A stretch of 64,000 nt of DNA from Ptychomitrium polyphyllum (GCA_973851085.1 OZ316776.1:14260001-14324000); one strand, 5' to 3'; counted from the stretch's first letter, positions 38,700-51,113 are shown. Program-made: numbers and translations. The notes: a model not told the origin generated them from the sequence alone.

Positions 38700-41603
38700 C
38701 CTAGTGTGTATTCTTAAAAGTTTCTCAATCATTCACTTTATTAGGAGCTTAATATACAAGTCGCCCCGAGGCTTTGCAGTCCTAGTTTTGCGCCGGAGAA
38801 GGGGAAATCCTGTTGGACTATTTTAAGATACCTGCACCCCCCTTGCCGGATCCTCGGTCTAAAATTGGGAGGGCGGTTGTTTTGTTTTATTCGGATGATG
38901 ACCGTCGACCCTGGAGAAGAAATTCTCAGGCGAAGTTATTAATGCCCCAAGCCATCCCCTGATCTCACTTTGACTCCCCCGCTGTCTGCGACCATGCTCG
39001 CCCATGGCCTTAATTTCTTCCACTCTCCACTTAATTTAACCTAGCTCAGTCTCATGTACAGCGGACTAATCGAAGGATCACAGGACATACTACAGTCGGC
39101 TGCATCCATGATGCAGATCATCGACAACTCGGCCAATTCCAAAGACTTTACGTCCAGCCAAGCATGAATTGCGTGATTACTGGCACCATTGTCTTCGTGC
39201 CTGCGCATGACAGGAAATGCAAAGAAGATGCACAGAAAATTGTATCCTGATTCATTTGATGATTAAAGAAGTGGCTTACAGGATCTGGAGATTACTGGAT
39301 GAGCAGGCTCATGAATCAAGAAAATGGAAACCTCTCCACCAAGTCTGCCCTTTTTTCAGGCCTGGCCAAGCCATTCACAAACCAAGGGTTACCGATGAGG
39401 ACTCATGGTTTCTTGACTTGCAGTGGAAGTTACTTTCATTTGGTTCGCCAGAAAAACGAACCCAGAGTTGCCAATTTTTTTAGATAGGTCACCAGAGATG
39501 GAAGTGGGCGAATTATAGTGACCTAACCATGGTTCATGGCCGACACTTATAATCTGGGACGCTGCAGCTGCTCGGTAGGCATGAGTGCAGGCAGTTCCGG
39601 CACCCCCCCTCTACGGGCAGCTCAGGAGCCGGCGCCGCAGCGGGCACTTACCCAAATTCATGTGCAAGCTGCACCCAGTCGGTGAGGGGCACTCTCTCTG
39701 TGTGGTCACTGGCGGATCCCTTTGCCGCCCCCGCGTGGGAGTCCTAGCTTGGAGCACGAGCATTGAAGGAATTTCTTCATCAACTTGTGCGAAAAGAAAC
39801 CCCGGCTCTAACTTACCCCACTACAGTAGCTGCTTACAATTAGCCGTAACTTATTTTTACCTATCCACGGCCTGCAGTGCAAAACCAAGTGAAACAAATG
39901 ACAATGTAAATTAAGCCCATTCACATTAATTGATTCGTTGCATGACTGGTGGGATACGGAACTGGAAATTTGTACAGTACCCGTCATAACAATCAGAAGG
40001 TAATTCAAGGTCAAGCCTGGAGTATTGCGTGTAACGATTAGCTTGCCTATTGGAGGCAGAGTTAGGTGAGATTACAACCGTTTTTTGAGCCTGTTAAGAA
40101 ACCATGAGTTCATGAATAGATGAAAGTAACTGAGCCGGATTCACTTTTCGCAGGCGAGGGTTGCACTTTGTAGTGAACCGGACCCACCTGGAATGCAGGA
40201 ACAGTAGAAAGCGGCTTCTGGTACCCCACTGCAACGAGAGCGAACTTGAGCAGCTTCTTGTGAGAAAAGCTGATGAGGCAACAAAGGTCTGCAAAATTTG
40301 AAAGAAAAAGGAAACTGAAAATCTAAAGTATAAAAAAATATGCGTTGCTCGCTTTTGGGTCCCACGAGGGTGAGGGCGCTAGGTTCTGTGCGCCTGCCGG
40401 TGTGCAGCGATGCTGCGGCGCTGTACCCAAGGTGGGGCCGCTCAAGGACGGGGGTAACGAGAGCATCGAGAGCCAGCAAAGAGTTCATATGGGGTGTGAG
40501 GCAAAGGAACGCCGTCCATTGTCTTCTTCGTTTATGTGTGAGCATTGCGCCTTTGCCAACCTGCGTCCTAGCCCTCCTTCGTCTCTCGCTGCGAGCGTCT
40601 CGCCTTCCGCTGCAGTACTACATCTAACCCTACCCTCGCTCATCAATCCTCCTCATACCAACTTAGACGATCTATCCCTCTTCTCTGTGTATGTTGTGAA
40701 GTTTGCATCTGCATCCTTGACCTCCTCTTGTGTCGTCGCAGCTGGTGCCATATAGTATCCAGCTTCACCAGGCTGTAGTACTCCTTCAGCACTCCGTTAA
40801 GATCGTTCGCCCTCACGTATCTTTGTCTAGTGTAATTTCACCTACCTGTGATCCACAAAGTTTAACACCTCCTTCCCTTCCTGTCTGTACTGGTGTTTGC
40901 TTGTGTAGTTTTGGCTCTTAGAGGATCTATATACTCTGCGTATTTTTCTGCTTTCTTAGAACTTAGAAAAAATAGGACTCGGCTTCTGACAATCGTGTAC
41001 ATTTCGAGCAAGTGTATGATATTGTGCACAACTTAGAGTTAGAAGTAAATTATGATTAAGTTGCCGTAATAAGAAAATCGACAGTTTGTCTAAAACAGAT
41101 GTGAGAGGTTGTTGTAGAGGATTGCATGAGTGAATATTTGCATGGTTATGAAGTTTCTTCAAAGATCCTCCGCAGTTCGTTAACGAGAAGTCCTCCAGTT
41201 TAGGTGCAAGCGTACAACTTCATGAGCGTAGGAAGGTTGGTTTTCATATCCCGAATTTTCCACCTTGTACAGTTTGTTCTCTAGGCACTGAGATCTACAT
41301 GCAGGTCGCTGGAACGGAACAACCTGCAATCGATCAACCAATCTATATCCCAGACGTGGATAATATGTTGCTCAGATTACCACCCCGATAGTCCAAAAAT
41401 TCTAAGAAGGAAATACTAGCCAACTACTCCGTCTCATCCAAGTTGTCACCCCAAGTCACGTCGTCGTCCATCTGCCAAACACTCGGCGAAGAAGTCACGA
41501 GCGAGATCAGAGTAGCCACCGTTACGAGCGAAAAGCATACATTCTTTGATAAAATTGGCTGACACTCTTCTTCCTGCGCCTCCATTAGGCCGGCCTCTGC
41601 ACT
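38700..41603 (+). promoter_or_regulatory. Promoter and long 5' leader of the VQ gene (probably with a 5'UTR intron)
   Basis: CpG-retaining, GC-rich region. TATAAA near 40328-40335. CT-rich leader-like tract 40560-40900. AT-richer intron-like block ~40940-41300 ending in TGCAG|G at ~41304. W-box cores at 38970, 39413, 40009 (rc) and 40717. CCGCGT at 39731. TSS and splice donor not determined. Confidence 0.45.
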
Positions 41604-42539
41604 ATGGCACCTCACCAAGCTGTTGACAACCACCAAGGCGCGGCCACCACGCCATCGAAACCGTCCCCACTCAGCGTCACGACGAACAATGTGGGCAAAA
41701 CACCAGTTGCGACTATTTACAAACGCGACCAGCAATCTACGATGCAAAACGCCCCCCAGGTCCGAGTGATACATATCTTTGCGCCGAAGGTGATCAAGAC
41801 TGACGTTGCCAACTTCAGGTCCACGGTGCAGAAACTCACGGGCCGCAGCAAGCGCCGAGCTTCAAGGGCAGCCAAGAAGGTCACTGATACAGGTCTTGTC
41901 GCAACATCTACTGATGGAGTGCAGACAATGGCACAAGGTGGTGGGAGCGATCTTCCGCCTTCCATGGGTTACCCATTTGGGCTATGGGAAAGGGAGGAGC
42001 TTCAGCGACTCGTCGGTGACGCGTGCGGTGTGACGGATTTGGTGCGTTGCAGCAGCGTAGACAGCGCTACATACAGTCTCGACAGCGGCAACTCCGTTTT
42101 CAGCGGCGACAATGCCGTGGACACCAGTCCGACCGACAGCTTCAGCTTCTACCCGCAACGCGAGACGCCTTACTCTCTGAGTGAGATTCCGGCGCCGTTC
42201 TTTGGACTGCAGCCGAACGACATGCACAACTGCTTCAACCCCGTGACAGTCTCGATGCCGATGTCCGGGTTGCCGATGCTGGGGTTGCTTCCGACCGAGC
42301 ATGGCCTGATGGAACCTTTGTCGACGTCGCATGTTATTGACCACAGCACGAGTATCCTGGGATTTGATGCAGACTCAGTGGAGGCGCTGCCGCTGCCGCA
42401 GCTGTCAGATCTGGTGCCGTTCGGGTGTAATTCCATTTCTTCTTCGTCGGGGGGGAGTTTGTTCGACTTGCCACGCCACCACTGCCGATTGAGCGTGCAG
42501 CAACCGTATCAGGGTGCGAACTTCTTTGAGTCCATGTAA
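41604..42539 (+). CDS. VQ-motif-containing protein (311 aa, intronless CDS)
   Basis: Longest ORF in the window, GC-rich with ATG and TAA. Contains RVIHIFAPKVIKTDVANFRSTVQKLTG, matching the FxxxVQxLTG VQ motif (41814-41843), followed by the basic RSKRRASRAAKK (NLS-like) and a Ser/Pro-rich tail typical of VQ proteins. Confidence 0.92.
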   Translation: MAPHQAVDNHQGAATTPSKPSPLSVTTNNVGKTPVATIYKRDQQSTMQNAPQVRVIHIFAPKVIKTDVANFRSTVQKLTGRSKRRASRAAKKVTDTGLVATSTDGVQTMAQGGGSDLPPSMGYPFGLWEREELQRLVGDACGVTDLVRCSSVDSATYSLDSGNSVFSGDNAVDTSPTDSFSFYPQRETPYSLSEIPAPFFGLQPNDMHNCFNPVTVSMPMSGLPMLGLLPTEHGLMEPLSTSHVIDHSTSILGFDADSVEALPLPQLSDLVPFGCNSISSSSGGSLFDLPRHHCRLSVQQPYQGANFFESM

Positions 42540-44449
42540 ATGCTCTCGGTATGCACTCGATCTACACCAACTGATGAAACCTTTTCGCCAACAATCTTTA
42601 TAACACATTGTTATGAGTCCAGGGATCAGTTGCCATCTTTTAGACTTGTTTTAGTACATCACAGCCTTCTAACCGTTTGTGATAATGCTTTTGTGCAGGG
42701 TTTAAACATATTTCCAGCACAGATTAAGCGGTGGCCATTGGAGATACCGTAATATATCAATGTTACTAGGTCATGCACATGTGAAGGCTGCTGAGTCCCG
42801 AGTATCATGCGGTAATTTGTCAAGAAACATTACGTCTTCGAGTTCGAATGGTGACGTCGAGTGTACACCCAAATTCCATTGTATAACATTGCCAGCAGAT
42901 CATTTCTGGAGCAGTAGATGTAGAGTAACATGTACCAAAACGGCAGCGATACAACGACTAATTTGAATTGCCCACCTTGCTTGCAAGTGTACAGCACAGA
43001 TCATGCTCTTAGGGTCAGTTTACCTTCAGCCTTGATGAAATGGGTACACATCGGTACCTTATCCAGATACATCACATGGTTTTCTGATGATTTGATCATT
43101 GGAATCTTCGTCTAGGCCTAGCAGTAGTAACTCAGTCACACAATTTGCGTGTATCTGGTTTTTATGTTTAGCGATAATTTGATCATTCAGAGTGTAGATA
43201 TCGGTTCATTTTTGGGATTTGGACCTCATGAGTTGAGAGTGACTGTCGCCGACTTCTCGGTGTTGTAGGAATCGCAGCGCCATCCTTTCTGTTTATAGTT
43301 CAAAACTCCGATCTCTGTCCACATAATACATATTATATCATTAATAAAGTATGTTAGTTTAGGTACACACCGACTCCCCGTTCTAACTTCTGTTCACATT
43401 TTTCCATTTTTGATCCATCGTAAATGTTCACTGCTATCTTTTTCTGTGTAACACTCTGTTCTCAATCCCCTTCTTAGATTCACCATTTTCACGAATCAAC
43501 TTCACAACCCTTGTAGATCTAAAACAAGTTGATCATGAGAACCCAGGCAGTTTGTTTGAGGCTCATGGTAGAACTTGGAAGACAAGGAAAATATCGAGAT
43601 ATGCCATAATCTTGCTTTATTCAACATGCAGTGGTATGGAGGTAGTGCCGCCCAGGCTGTGATAGATCCTCTCTCTGTCTCGTGCTTTCGGTAAGTGCAT
43701 GACGTAGGAGCCATGGTGCACTTTATTCTATCCGTCTTCTAACGGTTTCTTGAGTTGCACGTTCCAGAGGGGAAACCTTAAACCGGGCGCGTCCTCCCAG
43801 TCTACCGGAAGTACGCATATAAAACTACGATCCTGTCGGTTAAGTAGAGAACCGATCATCACCAGCAGAGAGAATATTTAGAGGCCGAAGCGCTACTAGG
43901 CGCTCGTACCAACTCATAATCATCCATGCAGTCCCATGTGACTGCGAGTCGCGACAGGCAGGAATTATAGGTAATGTGCAACCAACTGCGTCGAGCTCAT
44001 GAGCGCAATGATTGTGTTTTCTGCTAAAGCGCCCTCGTGTATGCTGCAGACATGTACCTGGTCTTATAGGGGCACTGTCGACGTCTGTTTGCTCACCTCC
44101 AGCTAACTTCTCCGAAGATTTTTGTCCTCAGAGAGAGTTTCGTCAGTGCTTTGCATTAATTTTCCACAATTTTTCAGAATGTGCCTCCGTCTCTATTCCA
44201 GTCAATATTAGCTAGCATCCAGTACTGCCTTCATACTTCTTCAAATGAGGAAATCAAGTAAGAAATCGCATAATATCTAGGGTCAGATTTGCTTCTTTCC
44301 CAGGTTTGTCTCCAGAGAAAACTCAAGTAACCCGGGGATATCTGCAACGAAGTACATAACCTACATCAGTAGAAGCTTACAAAGCAGGCTGTAACACTGG
44401 TTGTACTAGTGTGGGGGACTACTTGATTAACTGGTTCCATCGTGGATGA

Positions 44450-44452
<3 letters not shown>

Positions 44453-44535
<83 letters not shown>
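44453..44535. repeat. (TA)n microsatellite
   Basis: About 40 TA units, read directly. Confidence 0.98.
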
Positions 44536-45006
44536 GTTAGTTTTGGTCCTCAGGAGTTGGTTCAGATGTGAGATTCTCTGCCTTCTATGCTCACGCAGAA
44601 AACGGCCTCCAAGAGCAGTACACTCTACCACTGACCTTCGTCACACTAGCACTTGGCACCACTGCAGCAAAAGCTGGTTGTACGACCAACCATCATGAGC
44701 AGGCCAACAGGAGTCGTCCACGAAGTCAATTTGAGGACTATGGATACAAACAATATATCAGTCTAGCTCACACCCCTACAGACGGCGTTGTTTCACTCCC
44801 TTGCTCAGCCGGCTCTCTCGAAAGCCCCAATGAGAACCAGGAAAGGCCAAACCACAACCACTTCATGCAGTCGTCTAGAAACATCATGGAGCATCACTAC
44901 GCACAGAAACCGAACATTCTTTCTTATTAGAAAATATTAACTCTGAGGTGATCACCCAATTTGAACCTGCAATTACTGGACAAGATTAAGTTTTGATGGT
45001 TTTGAT

Positions 45007-45106
45007 NNNNNNNNNNNNNNNNNNNNNNNNNNNNNNNNNNNNNNNNNNNNNNNNNNNNNNNNNNNNNNNNNNNNNNNNNNNNNNNNNNNNNNNNNNNNNN
45101 NNNNNN
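45007..45106. other. Assembly gap (100 N)
   Basis: Exactly 100 N, the usual placeholder for a gap of unknown size. Confidence 0.99.
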
Positions 45107-47679
45107 CGACCATTATCATTAGTGTACGGGGACTATGCCAATACCAATATTCAATTGGTAGCTGGAATGCGTACTAGCTCGCCTCCACCAGGGCCAGTGC
45201 TACTGACACCCTTCACAAGTCGGGCTGTAGCGCAAGATAGGGCCTAAAATGCCGTAGACAGCCTAAACTAGCTCCATAAACCTACCGTAAGATTCTCTTT
45301 TGGATTACATAACAGGAGCGTATATACAGCCCCAGCTGCTTGTTTTCATGAATGAGTGTAATGAACGCTTTGAGTACTACAAGCTGCAGTCTGTATAACC
45401 TGCCGGAGTAGTACTGCGTCCCCTTCCCTTCCAGATGATGGTCAACTGCGGTAATAAGTAGTACTAGACCCTTTGCAATCCAAACGGCCCTAAGGCTCTT
45501 GAAAATCACTGTGATTCAAACACAGGTAGGGTGGCTGGCATTGCCAAGCGTGAGAGATTGAGAGTATCTACTCTTTGACAGCGGCGTCAGAGGTTGTAGA
45601 ATGCAGGTCCTCGGTGACATAGCAAATTGAAGGGCGAGGTTGGTCTACAGTAGTATTTTCCAGAGATTCCAGGTAAGAGTCACTTACTTCTACTTGCTAC
45701 GGAACATACACTATACAGTATGGTAATATTGAATTAGGAGCTTGATCAATCAGCGATTATACAGAAGAAAATTTGATGCTCTCACAATACTGTCACCGTA
45801 CTTGATTTGTGCAGTAGGGATGTAAATTGTGTCAATTACCGCATGACAGATGGGAATACAGATGAGTAAATCAAGTATTATAACTAAGCCTCTGATTTGT
45901 AATTGGTTCAAAATTCTCACCTGAGCCGGCCCATACCACAATGGCATGGCTGTCTAGTGTCTAGACAGAGTCAGAGCTTGTCACTTCTTTTACATTGGTA
46001 CGTTGCCAGAACACCGCGATGCTAGAATCACGTGAGAGGGTACTTTCAATCACGGGTGGGTAAGTATTATAATGCCCATTGTGTTCATGCTGAAGAACTC
46101 ACTTTTCAAACTTTAAGTTTTATTTTAACACTGTGGTTAGTGAGTTACGTCAGGGGTTCAGTTAAGCAGGCTCAGGGCTGGGCTGACTTCACTAGTTTTT
46201 CCCATTCCTTAAATTTTTCACCTTCATTTCACTTTATTTAATATTCCTGTATCATGTGGTTCCAAATGAAGGAAAACTCATTGCAAGTACAACAGCAAGG
46301 GCCCAAACTTCATTTCAAAGCAAACAAGAATGATGCATAGGTGTGCTAATTAATTAATCAAGCTCACACAAACACCCCTCCATGGCCATCCTCCATGCAT
46401 GAACACCAATATCTGCCTACATCATCAAATTGTTATTGGAAGTATATATGCTCAATTCAAGCTATAAAGAGAACAGGATTCGCAACTTGTAAACTGCACC
46501 ATGTCACTCACCTCCTCCATGCCACATCCACCACTGCCTCTGCCACATTGTCTGTTAGTTAATCAATCAATTTCTGGTGCATTTCATCGTTGAATTTATG
46601 TGATTCAGTGGAAAATAGTTTTGTGGGTCATGTTTTATTTAGCACAAATGTAAAGAAGTATTATTGCACAACTTTCACATGGCATTCATTAGTAATTGAA
46701 GTAGTACACTTTCATTTTTTTAAATGAGAAGTTGATAATAAATCATAGTGATTAATAGTGATGGCATCTAATAAATTGATAATGAATTATTTGAAGATAT
46801 GAGTACATTAATACAATTTGGTATTCAAGGTAATAGCATTCAAATTTTACTTTTAGATGATGTTCTTATACTTTTGATATATGATATTTGGAAGGATCAT
46901 CCAAGAATATTATGCAAGTTATTATCATTATTTACAAGGTTTTTTGTGAAGCGTAGAGTAACTGAGCCTTAATTATGAAATGATAATATATACAGCTCCT
47001 TGAAGCTTCAAGGAATTGAAGTTAGTATAAATTTAGATTACATGGTATTGTAAATAGATACATTTATTTTATTATCTAAAGAGGTATGTATCAAAGCAGT
47101 ATTTTTTTTATAACAATTTTTACAATTAGAACATACAAGAGTAGTTAGGAGTAGTCAACAATCTAAACTTGTTAACCTTTTCCAATATGTCACTAAATCT
47201 TAGCACTCCTAAAAGATAATTGGTTACATGAGAAAAATTGCAAATATATATACATATATATATGTTGTTTCTTCTTCCATATCTTGGTAGAATATAAAAG
47301 GCTCCATGGGAACTTTATAGCTGGTAAAATCTAATTATACATTGTTATTTGTTGTCTTTAGGGTATTAGTTGTCTTCCATAAGTGTATTATAGACTTTTT
47401 TGAAATGCCAATTGCAAGAGCTAAAACCACTACAATGTACTATTTTTGAAGCATGATCGTCAAAGCAAACCAATCAATGACATGCATAGAAGTAACTGGT
47501 GATTTAAGATATTGTTGTGAGCAAATACTTGTAGCACCTATCACAACTCTTGGTTTTAAAAATACTTTTCACTTTGAAGTATAATACTAATTCCAATAAT
47601 TAGGAATAAAATAATTAAAGAGTTGCATTCATCATAAAATCTACTTTCCGATCATCATATTTCGTCTTTCCAAAGACAG

Positions 47680-47950
47680 CCCTACCGGAAATAGCTTAGC
47701 TGTAATCTCGAAAGTTGGTGATTTAAGGACACATACCAACATGGCAGAACATTTGAACGTTCGGGCCAGATGTAATGATACAAGTCCTTACCATATCCTG
47801 GAGGGACATTGTCAGCGACATGCGTGTCAGGGTGTGCATGCTGCAGTGGTTTCAGGGACTCCAGCAATTCTGCTATTTTATCGCAGCAAAGTGGAAACCT
47901 TTTGGATAAGGCTCCAGGTAGCTCTGGGCCGGTTCTTAAATGCTGCTGTC
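47680..47950 (-). mobile_element. Gypsy integrase Zn-binding (H2C2) remnant
   Basis: The minus strand reads LQHAHPDTHVADNVPPGYGKDLYHYIWPERSNVLPCWYV, resembling L..aH....aGH.G..kt...y.WP.....v..YV. Isolated GC-richer patch. Confidence 0.4.
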
Positions 47951-50024
47951 ACCCAGTGACCAATATGTAAACCTCTAATTATACCATTCACTTATTTAGT
48001 CCAGAGTAGGTTAGTTTTGAAGTCTACACTAATTGGAAATTACATTTGCTCTCCAAGTCATACATATATGTCTGAAACTAAGTAACTATTTAACTTTACA
48101 CCTATGTATTTGACATATATTAGCACAAACTAATTCACAATGATTATTCATTTTTGTAAGGAATGATATATACTTTGTAAAACAATTTGTGATACTTTTT
48201 AGAATAAAATTAGAAGTTGTCCAAAATGCAAGCAATCATTTATCCCCCAATGGTATACCAATGTGGATAAAAATTATCTTATCAATAAGGCATAATTAAG
48301 ATGATTTGATCTTCTTGAAAAAGATTACCTTCTATTTTTTCTTAATAAACCAAAAGAACTTAGACGTTAGAAAAAGTCTCTAAAGATGGTAAAAATCAAA
48401 GTATTTTAAACATAATGATGTCATTGTATTAGCTTATTTTCCTTCTTTTGACACAGATGACATATAATTTCTACGTTAAACCTTTTTATTTTTATAACTA
48501 TTTTGCTTGTAACGTAGATTTGTTACTATTTTGTTAATAAAATATACTTCTTTAAAATCAAAATCAACAAAATAACATACAACTATCTTATTGAAAATCA
48601 AAAGTAAGATGTTCATTTAGATTTCTTCAAACATTAATATAATTCAAATATCATTGCAAAATATGTAGTTTATAATAGTTATAGTTTTTTTTATTATTTA
48701 TAAAAAATTTAATTACATTTTTGGAGATATGTTAATTCTTTTTAAATGTAATTGTTATATAATGCATTCATTGTATGTGCATTTTGTCATATAAATATAT
48801 TTTGATAACAACAAAATAATGATAATTAAGCTTTGAAATTTATTTGAAGATAGATCTATTAACAAATACAACTACTATTATAGATAGTATATAAACAAAT
48901 TTTTGATATTAGATATTATTAAAAGAAATGAAATAACTAAAGATGATGTAGGCAAGAGAGACTTTGCTTTAATAGAAGGAAAAAAAAAGATAATATTGTT
49001 AATAAAGATAGCAAGTAAATATCATTTTTCAGTGAGTTAATTGCCTTTGTTTTGACAGTGAAGTTTTGTTGACAATTGTTATAAAGAAACAAGTTCATTT
49101 TTAATTTTATTTTTTTTCATTTTAAATATATTTTATAAATTTTATAACTAATATATAATTTTGTAGTGTTAAAAATGAAAAAACATCCAAACTTTATATT
49201 CTATTTTTATAAATTTCCATCAAATTGTGCCATATTCTTAATGATTATTGAATAAATTTATATAAAATTGAGTATAAACTTATTAATAGGTGTTAAGTTC
49301 ATCCATACAACTAGACTTTTTAAAACAACTCAATAATTTGGATTTATTGTGCTTGCAATCAAATTACCTTATAATTACTTAAAGCTACTCAAACCAAGAT
49401 TAGAATTTCAAGAATTGACATCAAATTTGAAATATATTCAAATTCATTGTAGTTTTTTTATTAAACTAGAAAAAAAAAATCTTATTATTTATTATTATAT
49501 TCTAGGCTTACTAAAAATACTTTGATATTATTATAAATTGCATTGAACCTTCATTGAGATTTTTGGTGTTCAATTCTATATAATATGATGGAAGTTATGT
49601 ATATTCAAAAATTAACAAATTGTAATTATAATGTTAAATTTTGAATTAAAAATCTAAAAATACACCATTTTCAAAGAATCTATAAGTATTTTGCATACCA
49701 TTTGTTACCAAAACCTTTATGATTTCTAAATACAACTTAGTGCATTTCAGAATATAAATAAACTTTGAATCGATTGGATAATTTCTTTTGAACATGGCTC
49801 ATGTGAAGCTATTCTAAACTATTAAATAACTTAAGATATTAGAATTTGATTTTATCGTAGTCACTTTACCATGGTTGCATCTTATGACACAAATTTTATT
49901 TTTGATATATGTTAATTCACTTTAATTGCATTTAATTTTGGTTTCCAAAAGTAGCATCTAATTATGATTACATCTCTATATATGAATTTTTCCTTTTATA
50001 TTTTATTGCGTACACCAGTGGCAC

Positions 50025-50224
50025 TTGACTTTGCCTTGGTTACATCAAATATGAGTGCATTTCTATACATAAGTTTTCTTTTCAACACTTTGATGGCTTT
50101 CAACTGGTAGCACTTGATTTCATTTTGACTTTGCCTTGGTCACATCAAACATGATTGCACCTCTATACACAAGTTTTGCTTTCAACACTTAGACGGCTTT
50201 TGACAGGTAGCACTTGATTTCATT
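50025..50224. repeat. 100-bp imperfect tandem repeat x2 (left outer arm of foldback)
   Basis: TTGACTTTGCCTTGGT(T/C)ACATCAAA... starts at 50025 and 50125. Related GCACTTGA..GTCACAT motifs recur near 50315 and 50403. Confidence 0.85.
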
Positions 50225-50367
50225 ATGGTCACATCTCAACACTGCATAAATGAATATTGTACTCGAATATTGCACTAGAAAGTTGTTCTTTATTTTGTAG
50301 GCTCCATTTTTGTTGCATTTGATACTCTTTTAGTCACATTCCAGTTCAATTGCATCTTTGTATCAAT

Positions 50368-51113
50368 TTTGTGCTGTTGATGTTATATGGCCCACCTTCC
50401 TTGCACTTGATTCTACCATGGTCACATTTGATTTTGATTGCATGTCTACAATAGAGACCACCATAACTGTTGGGACTTATTGTACTGTCCTATACATTTT
50501 CCCAAATCTAATATTTACAATGACATTCATTTGAGATTCTTTAATGATTCAAAATCAATGGAAGAAAACCTCATAAATTTAAAATGCCTGTAGATTTTAT
50601 ATGAGCCAACCATAGATGCATTGTAAAGGTTGAATGGATTGACTACGTGATAAATATAAGGATCTATGAAGATTGATTAAATCATTATAAAGACTCACTA
50701 AGTAGAAAAATAAACATCTTATAACAAGTTAATCATACTACTATAAATTTTATCACTTATGAGTTTTGTCTGTATGAAGTTATATCATTTTCAAAATTAT
50801 TTAATTCATCTTTAGAGACCTTAATATCTATCACGTAGTCAATTTATTCAACCTTTACAATGCATCTATGGTTGGTTCATATAAAATCTACAAGCATTTT
50901 AAATTTGTGAGGTTTTCTTCCATTGATTTTGAATCATTAAAGAATCTCAAATGAATGTCATTGTAAATATTAGATTTGGGAAAATGTATAGGACAGTACA
51001 ATAGGTCCCAACAGTTATGGTGGTCTCTATTGTAGACATGCAATCAAAATCAAATGTGACCATGGTAGAATCAAGTGCAAGGAAGGTGGACCATGTAACA
51101 TCAACAACACAAA
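50368..51113. repeat. Long near-perfect inverted repeat (foldback core)
   Basis: Hand alignment of 50368-50656 against the reverse complement of 50825-51113 gives 289 bp, 10 mismatches, no gaps. Weaker pairing continues to ~50688/50795, leaving a ~105-nt loop. Confidence 0.97.

Noticed and set aside
39686..39710. Resemblance to the miR535/miR529 complement (GCACTCTCTCTG...)
   Set aside because: Too many mismatches and no partner arm for a precursor hairpin.
40268..40305. CTGATGA as a hammerhead ribozyme core (also at 42571)
   Set aside because: No stem II followed by GAAA and no closing stems.
40094..40921. Overlapping 60-136-aa ORFs upstream of the VQ gene
   Set aside because: Expected by chance in GC-rich promoter/5'UTR sequence. 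No recognisable motifs.
41424..42608. Antisense and alternative-frame ORFs over the VQ CDS
   Set aside because: Shadow ORFs of a GC-rich coding sequence.
43030..43092. TGATGA...CTGA as a C/D box snoRNA
   Set aside because: Short, lacks a terminal stem, and has no rRNA/snRNA-complementary guide that I can recognise.
44993..45247. ORF spanning the N run
   Set aside because: Artefact of translating the assembly gap.
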